The notes under the pieces were generated by a model that saw only the letters and a list, made by a program, of their open reading frames with translations, was not told the DNA's origin and made no database searches. Of a stretch of DNA of 64,000 bases, positions 47,846-60,545 are shown piece after piece (the stretch's first letter is position 1; each line of letters opens with the position of its first letter). Source of the stretch: Isurus oxyrinchus (lineage: Eukaryota); NCBI GenBank assembly GCA_026770705.1, contig JANJGN010000010.1, positions 23,808,001 through 23,872,000 on the forward strand. The letters run 5' to 3'. The translations under genes were made by a program, and so were the position numbers.

Positions 47846-49274
47846 AGCACATCCTGGTGCGCAATAGAGATTAATGAATGTGGAAGGGGTTGCTTCTGTC
47901 TTCTATCTTTCCCATATTTTTGGATGAAAGTCAAGTCACTGTTATTAATGACTATGTCACCTGAACAGAAACTGTGCAAAAGGCATCTATTATCTGTTGA
48001 CTCCAAATAGCAAAACACATTGTGTAATGCCTAGCTATTCTAGTCCTGTAGTTTTCTGGCAGTCATTTTCTAAGCTGTTTTACTGTATTTATTCTGCCAA
48101 AATTCAGAACTTTGCTTTAAGGTGGGAAGTGGAGTCCCACAACAATGAGTGCAGGTACCACTGTTATTTACAACTTGTATAGATGACTTAGAGTTTAGAA
48201 TCAAGTTCAGAAGTTTATAAATTGCAAATAATACCAAATTGGGGGGTAATGGTCAATTATGAGGAGAACTACAACAAATTACAAGAAGACAACAATAAAC
48301 TTGTAGGATGGACATACATTTCATTGGGAAATGTATTTCAATATAGAGAACTGAAATTTGCAATTCCTTCTTGTGTAGTGAGAACTGTAAACCTCACAAC
48401 AATGCACTTATATAGTACCTTTAACCTAAAATGTCCTAAGATGCTCCACAGATCTGCAATAGATAAAACTGAATACTAAGCCAAAGAAGGAACCATCAGG
48501 AGAGGTGACTAAAAGTTTGCTTGAAGGAGTGAGTTTCAGGAAGAGATGAAGTAGTTCAGGGAGGGATTCCAGAACACAGGACTTAGATTGCTGAAGGCAT
48601 GGTTGTTGGCGTAGAGCAAAGGGAAGGTTGGATGTACAAAGGCAAGAGTCAAAAGAACAAATATTCTTGTGACCTTTTGGGGGGGGGCAGGGTTGTGACC
48701 TTTATGGTGTTATAGAGCTGGTGGATGTTACAGAGTTAGATAGGGCAAGGCAATAAAGGAATTCAACCATTGGAATGGTTTTAAATTTGAGGCTTTGGAG
48801 GATGTGAAGCCAATGTAGTTCAGCAAGGAAAGGAGTGATGGGTAGGTAGAATAGATACCATTTTGAATTTAACAGAGCATAGTGGGGGAGAGCATTGGAA
48901 TAGTCTTATCTAAAGGTGTCAGAAACATGAATTACAATTTCAGCAGAAAATAGATGGAGGCAGGCGGTGTTGAAATAGGTGGTTTTTGTGATGGAAGGTA
49001 TAGAATTGGAAACTCGGGGTTGACTGGGATGCTGCTGCAAGTAGTGTAGTTCAATCTGTGATGGAGGTTGAAGAGGGTGATGGAATTGGGAGCAGGGCAC
49101 AGCTTGTGGCACTCAAAATGGTGGCTTGGTGTGCCCAATTTTTCACTGGAGGAAAATGTGGCTCACCCAGACAGGATATCGGACAGAGTCTTAATAGCTC
49201 AGTGGAGGCACCGAGAAAGGTGATGGAGCAGTATGTTTGGATTTCGTCAGTGTCCCTGTTGAAACTGACATTGG

Positions 49275-50065
49275 ATTACATAGGATATACGGCACAGAAA
49301 CAGGTCATTCAGCCAACCCAGCCCATACCAGTGCTTATGCTCCATTGGCAGCCTCCCAGCTTCTCACCTAAATCTGTCATCGTAACCCTCTATTCCTTTC
49401 TCCTTTATCTGCTTGTCCAATTTTCTTTTAAATGCATCTATGGTTTTTGGTTCAACCATGCTCTGTCATAGTGAGTGCCACGTTCTCACCACACTTTGGG
49501 TGAAGAAATTTCTTTGGAATTTCCTTTTGGATCTCCTGGTGACAATCTTATGTTGTTAGCATCTAGTTATGTTCTTCCCCACCAGTGGAAACATTCTCTC
49601 TATTCACTCTATCAAAATCTTTCATAATTTTAAAAACCTTTTTATTAGGTAACCCCTCAGCTGCCTTATTTAAAGAGAGAAGAGACCCAGCCTGTCAATT
49701 CTTTCCTGATATGAATACCATTTCTGGTATCATTCTTGTAATTCATCACTGCACCCTCTTCTGTGCCTCTATATCTTTTTTTATAATATAGCAACCAGAG
49801 CTTCACGCAGTACTCTTGTAGTCTAACCAAAATTTGATACAGATTTATCATAACTTCCCTACTTTCCAATTTTATCCCTCTACAAATATAGTCAAGTACC
49901 TGGTTTTAATAGCCTTGCTAACCTGTGGTGTGACCTTTATTGATGTGTGTGTTTGTACTCACTTTATTCCTTTACCCCACCTAGACTCTCACCTTTCAAT
50001 TAATAGTTGACTTTCCTATTCTTCTGGCTAAAATGTACTTTCTCACATTTGACAATTGTTTGCCC
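49275..50065 (-). mobile_element. CR1 LINE 3' portion
   Basis: SREVMINLYQILVRLQEYCVKLWLLYYKK on the minus strand; tail at ~49280-49330. Confidence 0.8.
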
Positions 50066-50180
50066 ATTCTTTAGATGGGCAGCATGTAAATGAGGAAGTG
50101 GGCTGGCCAAAGGTAGACTCTTAGTTAACTCTACAATGATGATGCAGGGGTAGGAAGAGAGGTCATTACTGGAGATGTTC

Positions 50181-50298
50181 AGTTCCAAAGAAGAGTCATA
50201 TTAGACTCTTAGCTCTGTTTCTCTCTCCACAGACGCTGCAAGACCTGCTGATTTTTTTTTATTTCGGGGTCCCAACATCCGCAGTATTTTGCTTTTAC
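50181..50298 (+). mobile_element. Penelope terminal fragment with decayed hammerhead
   Basis: AGTTCCAAAGA-AGAGTC(ATATTA)GACTC, then CTCTCTCCACAGACGCTGC...CATCCGCAGTATTTTGCTTTTA. Confidence 0.7.
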
Positions 50299-50899
50299 CT
50301 TATTGGAGATGTTTTGATTATGGTTGGATTGTTAAAAGCAGAACTATTATGCAATTGATTGAATTGGTCAGTGGAAAGTTTGGAGTAGGGTGGTGTCAAA
50401 TGGAAGAGAGAAAATGAAGCATGGTCGCAGTTGCAGAGAATGTCATTCGTGACTGTTAATTTAGTGCTGTGGCAGGGGTTGAAACATGATTGGAGATACC
50501 CCAACATAGGATTGCAGGAAAGATGTGCATTGATTTAGGATGCAATAAAACACTGAAGGTCTTCAGGGAAAAGAATGGTTGCTGACTTATTTCATCTGGG
50601 AGGTGGGGGAGGGGGGTGGGGGGGTGTTGTTGGGGTTGTCTCCAGTGCGATTTTGTGGTGGTGGCCTGGGAGCAAATATGTTGGAATGGAGAGGGACAGT
50701 ACCTGAACAGAGTGACATTGTAAATGATTCAGTGAATGTAAGGAAGTTGGGTTTGGTGGTCAGTTTCATTAGAATTGGGTCAATGAAACCAGGAAGCGAG
50801 CCTCATGGACAAAATCCACATGGAGAGGGGAGAAACTAGGGCTAGGATGGAAGGGGCCTGGGAAAATTTTGGCTCAAAGGGGAAACTCATTTAGATGGT

Positions 50900-51762
50900 A
50901 AAGTAAGTCCTCACTTAAATTTATAGTTGCGTTCCTGAAAAGTGCAACTTTAGGCAAAACAGATTTTCCCATTAAAACCAATGTGAAAGGTGTAGTTAGG
51001 TTCTGTAGGACCTTTCTCATCAGAAAAAATTAAAACATTAAGTAAGCTGAAATACTTTTACGTTGCTAAATCCTTATATTGTTAAATGAAAAACTTTAAA
51101 AATAGAATTAAAAAATATAGAAGAAAATGCTAACTTTCTACTTCTGCTTCTGCTTACCACCGATTTGTTTAGCAAACTTCCAGCTCAACTTCTCTGCTGC
51201 TCCCTGACCTTCCCCCTCGCTATTGGTCCTCTGGCTCGTGGCCTCTGCTGTTCCCTGATCCTCCTGGTTGTTGTGGAACGTTGTTCTTGCCAAACTTCCT
51301 GCTCCTTTCCACTTCTTTCTTCCGAACTCTCACTCTGAGCGAGAGCTCTGGAGATGAGTGGTGCGAGGCAGGAAGAACAGCTTTGACTTGCAGGAGATAA
51401 GCTGTAAGATGGCGGGTTGGCAGTGAGTGAAAGGGTCAGGGAGCGGCAGAGGCCGTAAGCCAGCCAGCAGAAAGCGGGAGGGTGAGGGCGCGGCAGAAGC
51501 CACAAGACGGAGGATCGGCAGCAAGGGAGGGAATCGAGAGCAGCATAGGCTTACAAGTCAGAGAATCAGCAGCGAGAGGGAAGGTCAGGGAGCAGCAGAG
51601 GCTACTCCAAAATAGCGTTGATGAGGTTATGTGGTCCTATGTCAAACCTGGTGTGAAACAACTTTAACCCCCCTCCATGCTAAGCATTAATGCAGGCCCC
51701 ATTAACCGATCATTGAAGCGGAATGACCTTAAACCAGCAACTTAAAAAGTGGGTGCTTCTGT
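50900..51762. mobile_element. Probable non-autonomous Tigger/mariner-type DNA transposon with internal inverted repeat arrays
   Basis: Left end AGTAAGTCCTCACTTAA (Tigger-like) and a degenerate right end; 51192-51221 is a 29/30 inverted match to 51571-51600. Confidence 0.5.
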
Positions 51763-53669
51763 GCTGAGCTCAGTAACAAGTCCAAGTAAGTTCTTGCACT
51801 GTTGGAGGGGACTGCAGAGAAGGTTGGAAGAGATGGTGGATAATGGGGGGGAAAAAAGTAAACTGGGGTTATCCTTGCTGTCTTGGATAATTATGCAGTG
51901 AACAGGATGTTCTGGTAGAGCAGAATGTTCTAGCCAGATCTACTGATGGATGGCTAAACCAGTGTGTGCCACATATACTCTTCTCTATGTTCCTTGGACT
52001 TGAAGAAGTGAAGATGAGGGGTTTGGGGCAATACCAGGAGGTATTATGAGGCTGGATGGGAATAAAGGTTTTGTTGAGCATAAGGTGGACGTGAGGGATT
52101 GGTCTACAACTACAGATGTTCAAGTTCTGAGAGAGAATGAGCCTAGGAACTGGTTAGGCAGAGTATCCGTGGGTTGTCCAGTGTAAACACTTCGCTGTTG
52201 AAGCATTTCTAAAAAAGTGAATTATATTTTTTAAAAACTGTTTAAGTAGGTTTAAGTAGGTTGTTCTATTAATATGCTATTTTTGTAAGATGTTTTTGAA
52301 AAGGCTATGACTTGGACATGGCTGCATTTTACAGTAAAGTGGATTACTATGGCTGTTTTTCTATTGAGGATCTAGGAAAATTAGTCTAGTATGTATATTT
52401 AGCAAAAGCATGCAAACCTCCTCTAAATAGCACAATAGCCCAATTCAAATTGAAGTGATCCTTATAGTGTTGTATTTTTTCAATTTAAATTTGGACTTGT
52501 TCCAATTTGGTTTTGTGTTCTGTATTACAGATTTGCACTTGCAGGGTGACCCAGTGTCTGAACATACGGAAAATAAATGTAAATTTAGTTCTCACTCTTT
52601 TTAAACTGAAGTTGGTTTAAAAATTCATTTCAAAGCACTGCAAGTTTAACTTTGAATACAAAATGTACTTGAACAAAGGGTAACTGCCAATATATGCAAT
52701 TATTCAGTTATTCTAAGCCTATGCAGAAGGAAATGCTGATTTATGCCCACAGAAACATGCTACACAGAAGCATTTCTATCAGTTTTTTGCGATGTTTCTA
52801 TAGGAAAGTCAAATTGGGGATTCTGAATGGTGGTAAATGCAGTATTACCTAGTTGAACTTCTAATTGTCTAATGAAAGAAGGGTGAATGATAAAGAGAAA
52901 TAAATCGTCTTTTTAACCCTTTTTCCCTGAACTTTAAGTTTCTCAATTGCTGGTTTGAAATGAGGTGAATAACCTGTCCGGTTCCACAAGATAGTGGGTG
53001 GGTGGGGGGGATAAAAAGTAGAAGAATTTGGGGTTCAAATTGGTAACTAATTTAAGCAATGGTACACGAAGACATGCATGCTTATGGCCTTCCATATCAG
53101 AAGTAACCGGTAAGCTCTTGGGCCTTCAGGTTACAGTGGAATTTCTGTCTAATTTTACTGATTTAACTGGCCTTGCTGATGTGGCATTTTGGAAAGGAAG
53201 AAATGTTGGAAAAACTTTGTGACTTGTCAGTTACCCACTTACAATTGCAGATTTTTTTCTGCTGCTACATTGATATGTAATTGGCATACTTGCATGTCGG
53301 CTGGAAAATGTATGTTTGGATAGCCTTAGAGCAGGGATCTCTCACACCACCCAAACCACCCCCCAACCACTTCAGATTTCTAGGTTTTTGCTCTTTAAAT
53401 TGAAGCAATGTTAGTGTTAGTGCTAGCAAATGGAAACATATTTCCACTTGGTTTTCATCATGAAGCACAGGTTAGGTAAACTGTAGTATAGTTGCATAGA
53501 GAAAAAAGCTCTCTGCCCTGTAGTAGCCTCATAAAAACACTCCTTACTTACAGCAATGCAAAGTTCCTGTTAACTATTCTTATGATGTTGGTGAGCAAGA
53601 TGGTTATGTACAGATTTGTTCTGTAGTTATCCGCCTGCTTGGAACCCTGATTTTAGATATAGTGCACAA

Positions 53670-54120
53670 AATGAACCATGACCCAACCAGGACAAAGAAG
53701 CCTGCTTAATTGGCATCCCATCCACCACCTTAGACATTCACTCCCACCACCGCTGTTGATTGGGAGCAGTGTGTACCATTTCCAAAATGCATAGCAGCAA
53801 CTTACCAAGCCTCCTTTGACAGTGTACAAAACTGTGACCTCTTAACACCTAGAAGGACAAGGACAGCAAACACATGAGAACACCAGTACCTGCAAGTTCT
53901 CCTCTGATCCACAGACCATCTTGATTTGGAAGTATATTGCTGTTTCTTCACTCAGGCTGGGTTAAAATCCTGGAGCTCTCTCCCTAACAGCACTGGGTGT
54001 ACCTACACCACAGCAGTTCAAGAAGTTGGTTCATTATCATCTTCTTGAGGACAGGTGGGGATGGGCATTAAATGCTGGCCTTGCCAATACTGCTCATCCT
54101 ATGAACAAATTTTTTTAAAA
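53670..54120 (+). mobile_element. LINE-B 3' end (older copy)
   Basis: Aligns by eye to 41650-42090. Confidence 0.82.
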
Positions 54121-54349
54121 AATCTCATGTTCCAACATAACATTGTACTTGAGTATTTCTTTTTCCCCTAATAGTATTTATGAATGTGTATTTTTATACT
54201 CTGTCAAAGAGCAATTTTTAAATATCTTAATTCATTGTTTAATTTGAATTTGGCTCATTTCTGTAGTAAAGTATCTCATTCTGCTTGCAACTTCCGTGAA
54301 TGATGCATGTGGTCATATTATCGAGGAAATAATAGTGTAAATGTTAAAG

Positions 54350-54535
54350 CTGTAAATAAAAAGACTTCATTTATGTCTCAGTTTACAACCAATGAAGTAC
54401 TTTTGAAGAGATGTCACTGTTGTATTGTAGGAAACGTGGCAGCTAATTTGCACTCAGCAAACTCCCACAAATAGCAGTGTGATAATGAACAGATAATCTC
54501 TTTTTGCAATGTTGATTAAATATTGTCGAGGACAT
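54350..54535 (-). mobile_element. SacSINE1-like DeuSINE 3' half
   Basis: CCAATGAAGTACTTTTGAAG...GTCACTGTTG...GTAGGAAACGTGGCAGCTAATTTGCAC...CAGATAATC. Confidence 0.7.
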
Positions 54536-56309
54536 TGATCCGTCATTGTTAGATATGCATTTTTTCCAGAGGTATTGTCACTGTTACCTTAACCTAGTGC
54601 TCTGTTAAGCACCTTTGCATTTGATTTGAACGGCAGCAAGGTTAAGTCCTGGGCATCAGTGGTGGGAAATTCCTGTTTTAAATGCTAGATTTCCACCCAT
54701 CTGTGAAGCGAAGTTATTGCTAAGTGTTTTTTTCCATGTGACTTAATTGCAGCACAGTTTTTTGGGCATTCCTAAGGCTTCTCACTATACAGTGATCAGG
54801 TTTGTAGGAATGTTTTGGGGGCTGTGCTGTCCTTTAGCAGATTAGTGAAAGTTACATGAATTCTGATGAGCCGAATGACCCTTACCTTGCTGGGTAAGTC
54901 TTTTGCCTTGAGCATTAATTTAAAAATCAATAAAACCAATATGAGCTATTGAGCTTTAAAATGTCATTTTATAAATGTTATATTTGTCTGCCAGTGACCT
55001 ACCGAGTTGAACCATTTAAATTTGGAGTGAACGTAGAACCTCACCAGAATGCAATTAAATAGACATGGTCATGCTTGGTGTAGAAAAATCCAGATTCTGT
55101 GCTTTAACTTGGAGCTGCAAATGCGATTTTGAGAGTTGGTAGGATTTGGATTTAACTGGTCAAGTATGTGTTTGATGGATTACAGTAGCCTTTTTAAGCC
55201 AACAGGTGCATTACATACACAAGTCCATAAAGATAGTTTACTGCTGCAATAACAAGTTGTTTACAGTGCTGTAGGTATGTAGATAATATTGAAAGACTGC
55301 ACATTGAGGGTAAAATGAAATAAACCTATGAGGAACATTGAACTAGGACTATTTCTGTCTGTACTGGTATTAGTACAGTGGATAATTAGCAAATTTTAAT
55401 TTCCAGTTAGATCATTTGCAAATTAACCTTCGTATTTTCATTCTCCCAACCTTTTAAACTCTCAATAGTGTTTTGCAATGGGCAATTAGAAGGTGTGGCA
55501 ATATTTTATTTAAGGTTTCATTCCTTTCATGGAGGTCTAAATGTTCTTTGTGTTTTTAAAAACGAATTGCTTTGAATGTTTTTGCTGTAATTACAAACAA
55601 TATTTATTTTGTTGGGTAATGAAATGAACAGAACCAAAGAATGAAGATTCAAGGAGTTAAATGCCCTAAAAAAATTTGTTGCACACAAGGATGTATGTTT
55701 TATTTTTCCAGTATTTTAAATTGAACAATAGTGTTTTGATTAAAAAATGTAATTTTGGGTGCTTGTACATTGCTTTTTGAAAGCCTGTTTCCACTATCTA
55801 ATCACAGTTGCACTTTGGTTCCTTAGTTACATGCACCATCCTAATTAAGAGAGAGATTATGAGATTTTACTAAGTCTCTGTTGGGCCTTGTTGGGAGGGA
55901 GAAATGTACCTCTGAGATCTTTCTCTTCTGAGACCAGCCAGAACAAAATGTGTATTTTTTTTTTGCAAAATATTGATTTTAAAAAAAGAAAAATGTAAGA
56001 ATTTTGGGTTTTTATTGCACCATTTTCCCTCCTAAGATTATGCAGCAATTCTCATAAGCAGGACTTATCTCCTCAAATACAGAAACAGGAATTTTTGTGA
56101 CCAGTTGCATGACCTAAGAGTTAATAATTGCCTTTACTTCTAGTAATCTGATTATTGGATTAAATGTCTCGTGCTACACTAATACTCCCTTGGAATGGAG
56201 GATACTGCACATAGCCACCATGTATTCATAGTCAAGTACAGATGTGCAGCCAAAGCATTTGGTAAAATGTTAACCACACGATATAAAATTATTACATTTA
56301 TATTCATAT

Positions 56310-56585
56310 TATTATTGTTAAAGCATTTCAAAGTACTTAATGTAATGAATTACTTTTTGGAGTGGGCTGAATGTTATGTAGTCATTCTACACCAGCAGAG
56401 CAACATGCATCAATGAGGTGAACAGTATTAATGGAGGGATGAATTTTGGCCTGCGTACAGGAGAACTCAGTGCTCATCAAATATTGCTGGGGGATTTTTA
56501 AACGTTTGTCTAATGAGCAGACACTTGGCTTAATATCTTATCATTTGTATGTTGCCTTCAACAATGCAACCACTCCTTCATTAGG
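56310..56585 (-). mobile_element. Decayed SacSINE1-like DeuSINE
   Basis: GAGGGATGAATTTTGGCC...CAGGAGAACTC...GCAACCACTCCTTCA, a Deu-domain remnant. Confidence 0.5.
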
Positions 56586-57242
56586 CCAAACATAAATGCA
56601 ATGAGAAAAATTCAGAATATATCTGTTACTCTTCATGATGACTGCTTTTGAAGGCCTGAAATAGTAGTTTATCTTTGGAGAATGGACATCCTGATTATTG
56701 GAAAAACAAATTAAGCACTCTTCTTGTACTACTTCTGATAACTTGACAAAAATTAAGATGTCCCTTGAACAGCGATTAATTGGGGGTGTTCCATTGCTGA
56801 AATAACAGAAGATAGCAGAACTCCTATGCCTGTTGCTAAGCTTAATCCTTTGTGCGATCAGATTTCCAGACATTTTAAATATAATGCAGTTGGTAGATAC
56901 ACAAACCATATGTGTACATGCATAATAGGCAAGTGGAATTTAACTAAACGTCCATATTGATGAGCAATTGATAGGAAAACAATCATTGAAATTAACCCTT
57001 TTGAGCTTTGGATGATTATGATTAGAAGAAGACAAAATAACTTGAAATTAATACATAGGGAAATAGTGTCCACTGATGAAATAGTGAACACGTATCAAGT
57101 AAGCCATTTTCTGAGTCTGCATTTATACAACTGCAATTTTCATTTATGGTTTCTTTAACATAGTAAAACTTCCTGAGACACTTCATAGAAGCATTATCAC
57201 GCATGTTTGACATAAGGCAAAGCAACAAGTGACCAACAATTG

Positions 57243-57810
57243 TGCAAGGTGTTAGTGAGACCGTATCTGGAGTACTGTGTACAGTTTTGGTCTCTTTATT
57301 TAAAGATTTAAATGTGTTAGAAGCAGTTCAGAGGAGGTTCACTCACCTGAGATCTGGGATGTGAGGAGTTATCTTACGAGGAAAGGTTGGACAGACTGTG
57401 GCTTTAACCATTCTAGTTTAAAAGATTGAGAGGTGATCTTATTGAAACTATAAGATCCTGAGGGGACTTGACAGGGTGCATGCTGAAAGTATGTTTGCCT
57501 ATGTAGGAGAGACCAGAACTAGGGGGGGAAAGTTTAAAAATAAGGGGTCTCCTATGGAGATGAGAGAGAATTTTTTTTGGAGGGTCGTGAATCTTTAGAA
57601 CGCACTTCCCCAGAGAGCTGTGGAGGGAGGGTCAATGAATATTCTTAAGGTAGCAATAGGTAGATTCTTAAACTAACAAGGGAGTCAAAGGTTATTGGGG
57701 TAGATGGAATATGGAGTTGAGGTCAGGGTCAGATCAGCCATGACCTTAATGATTGGCAGAGCCGAATTGAGGGGCTGAATGGTCGCCGCCTCCTAATTCG
57801 TATGTTTGTT
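57243..57810 (+). mobile_element. CR1 LINE 3' end inserted into an L2 tail (57120-57242, 57811-57895)
   Basis: LVRPYLEYCVQFWSLYL..., RLRGDLIETIRS and a CR1 tail closely matching 1100-1680. Confidence 0.9.
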
Positions 57811-59114
57811 AAAACTTAGTTCCAAGTGGTAGCTTTCAAGGAATGCGTTAAAGGAGGGCAGAGGGGTGAGATGCAGAGAGGTTTAGGAGGGAATACAATG
57901 AGTTTAACACCAAGTGAAGTGACTTCAGCCTCAGGCTAGTGTAAATGATGAAGACCCTATATGAACTCAACGTGAAATATAGTGGAATTCCCTGAAGGAA
58001 ATAGCCTCACATGACTTCAATTTGACGACATATGATCTGTAAATCTAGTGTGGTGTTGCTGCTGGAGCACTTCGTAAACTTACTCAACTTTAAATGATTA
58101 GCAAGCAGAAATTCTCTTCTCTCTTCTCACTAAACACTTACATTTCAAACTGTTGGAAGAGCTTGTACGCACCTATTTAGGCTTTTTCAGAAATTCCTCT
58201 TAAATGGGACAGTTGTTGAAATTGCAGCCATGCCTGGCTATCATCTCAACAACAGCTGCCTGTCTCAGACTGCATTGTATATGCAGTTTAAGAGGGATGC
58301 ATTGATCTAAACCCAACCGCATGATTGAATCATTTCCAGAAAGCCACCTATATTCTAAACACTGAAACGGAACAGAATGCAATTTGACCATCATGATGAT
58401 GAATCTTCAACCCCAACAAGATTTTTGTTAACCGCTGAATGAGATTTGTAGCAAATTGACTGTTCTGCTTGGCTATCATAGCTTTTCCATACCTCTGTTC
58501 TTCCTGCACTTAAGCACTTGTCTCTATTTTCCTTGAGCCTCTGGAGAAAAAGTATTTTCAGACTGTAAGTTTAGTGATTCAGCATGGTCGTCTAACTGGA
58601 CGAATGAGGTGTTAGTCAATAAATAGGTTTCTTACTTTTTCAATTAATTGCACAGTGAGGTTTATTCTGGCGTGTTTCGTGGGTAACTAGAAGCATATCA
58701 ACTTCACGACCTTGCATGGATTTTAATGCTGAGTCTATCAACGAGGCACTGGTGTTGCAACTTGTACAGGAGCAGAACAAAATTGAACAGCAGCAGGATT
58801 TCAGTTTAACAGCACATGTGTGGGTCCAGAAGTTGCTCTTTAATTTGCTGCATAATATTGATGAGTGCTGTTGGCCTTGCTGTTAGTTCTATTACAAATT
58901 TGAGCCATTGCTTTATTTTAGTAAGTTTTTGTGCTTTCAGGGTGGTTTAATAGAATATGCTATAGCCTTGTATTGATGAATTCCTTAGCTAAATGTGTGA
59001 TCAGCCAAAGAATCTCAATTAGTTAAATTAATGAAAATGTGCTTTTCCTGTTGTAACATAACATGAAATGATTCCTATTTGTTCGATAGACCATGCTGAG
59101 TTTGCAACATATTA

Positions 59115-59380
59115 CTTTGGCTTAGTTGGTTATACTGCCACTTTTGAGTCAAAATGTCATGGGCTTGAGCCCTAATCCGAGATCTGAATGCATCAAGACT
59201 AATTGAGTACCTAGGGAGTACTGAATTGTCTGAGGAGCCAACTTTTAGATGAGACAATGTCTCCTTGCTTAGTCATAGTGACTGCCATGTTTGCCTATGC
59301 AACAAAGCAACTAACTTATTGGAAGTGAAAATACCTTGGGATCTTGACCTTTATAGACTGCTTCACCATAAGTTATATCT
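59115..59380 (+). mobile_element. Decayed SacSINE1-like DeuSINE with tRNA head and Deu domain
   Basis: TGGCTTAGTTGG...TGAGTCA...GGGCTTGAGCCC head; GGGAGTACTGAATTGTC...TTTTAGATGAGAC Deu-domain remnant. Confidence 0.6.
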
Positions 59381-60234
59381 TTACACATACCAGCTGTGGT
59401 AGAAAGAATCACAGAATCGTGCCTGTGTCAGGCCTCTGAATGAATAATTCACCTGGTGCCATTCCCCCAACTTCTCTCTGATTTTTTTTGAAGTTTGTGA
59501 ACAGGAGCAGACTAGCCCATTCAGCCCCTTGAGCCTGTTCTGCGGTTCATAGTTAATCTGTACATCAGCTGCCAATCTTTTGCTCTATATCCCAATAGAC
59601 TGCCAATCTTTGCTCTATATCCCTATGGATACTGTAGTACACAGATTTGTTTATGCAAAAGATATAACCAGGCCTAATCTAGTGCATGTTTTGGTATTGA
59701 CGCATGCACTTCAAGTAGAAGCCATTGGATAGAAACCTGAAGCAGGAGAAGAACACATTTACTTTGTTATTTTTATTTTTGGCATTTGCATTTTCCATTG
59801 GGCTCTTCTAAATTCAAGTAATTAAAGAACAATGATGCCAATTTGAATATTTCCTTATTTTTGGAACTGTTAATCCAATTAAGTTGTAGCTAAAGTCTTC
59901 AACTCCAGCTTGTGGAATTGCTTCTTATTGTTAACATTGGTTCTAAATGTTGTTGGACAGTTAATTATACTATCTGTAAAGTCTGATTTCCGATAACCAG
60001 GTAGAATTAGGTCTCATAACTATAGAAAAAAAATTGTGAATACAAACATATCTGATGTTAGCTGGAATTATAGCTGCATTGTAAAAGAACTTTTGATGTT
60101 TCTTTCTTGTAGTCAGTGTATCATACATTACAAGTGTATGGATTCCAGGCCCAATTTAATCCATGTGTATTGGTTCTTTCTTGCTGAAATTGTATAAATG
60201 TATTATTTTAACCTTAATGAGCTGATTCCTACTC

Positions 60235-60545
60235 TTGATAGAATAGATGAGAAACTGTTTCTGCTGGCAACGGGGTCAGTAACCAGAGGACAGGAGTTTA
60301 ATAATTGGCAAAAGAGCCAGTAGTGAGAAGAGTTTTTTTTTTACTGAGTTTTGACAACCTGCAATGGATTGCCTGCAAGTATGATGGAAGCAGATTCAGC
60401 TGCAACTTTCACACAATAATTGGATGTATACTTAAATGCATGGCCATGAGGAAAGTGTGTGGGAGTGGGACTAATTGGATAACTGTGTGAATGGCACGGT
60501 GAGCCAGGCGGTCTCCTGTGCCGTGTCATTTTGATAATTTCTGCC
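60235..60545 (+). mobile_element. Old CR1 3' end
   Basis: EKLFLLATGSVTRG..., CNGLPASMMEADS, matching the CR1 C-terminus and tail. Confidence 0.7.

Larger units (their letters stand above)
48390..52190 (-). mobile_element. Old L2 LINE fragmented by later insertions
   Basis: L2 tail at ~48395-48540; minus-strand LQSCFNPCHSTK..VTNDILCNCD, a decayed QSGF...HSTE RT motif, at ~50420-50500. Confidence 0.6.

Noticed and set aside
52520-52585. Acceptor-like TGTATTACAG followed by a possible micro-exon
   Set aside because: No liprin similarity and only a weak donor; not supportable.
59569-59625. ~26 bp direct duplication CTGCCAATCTTT(T)TGCTCTATATCCC
   Set aside because: Simple local slippage inside a decayed CR1 tail.
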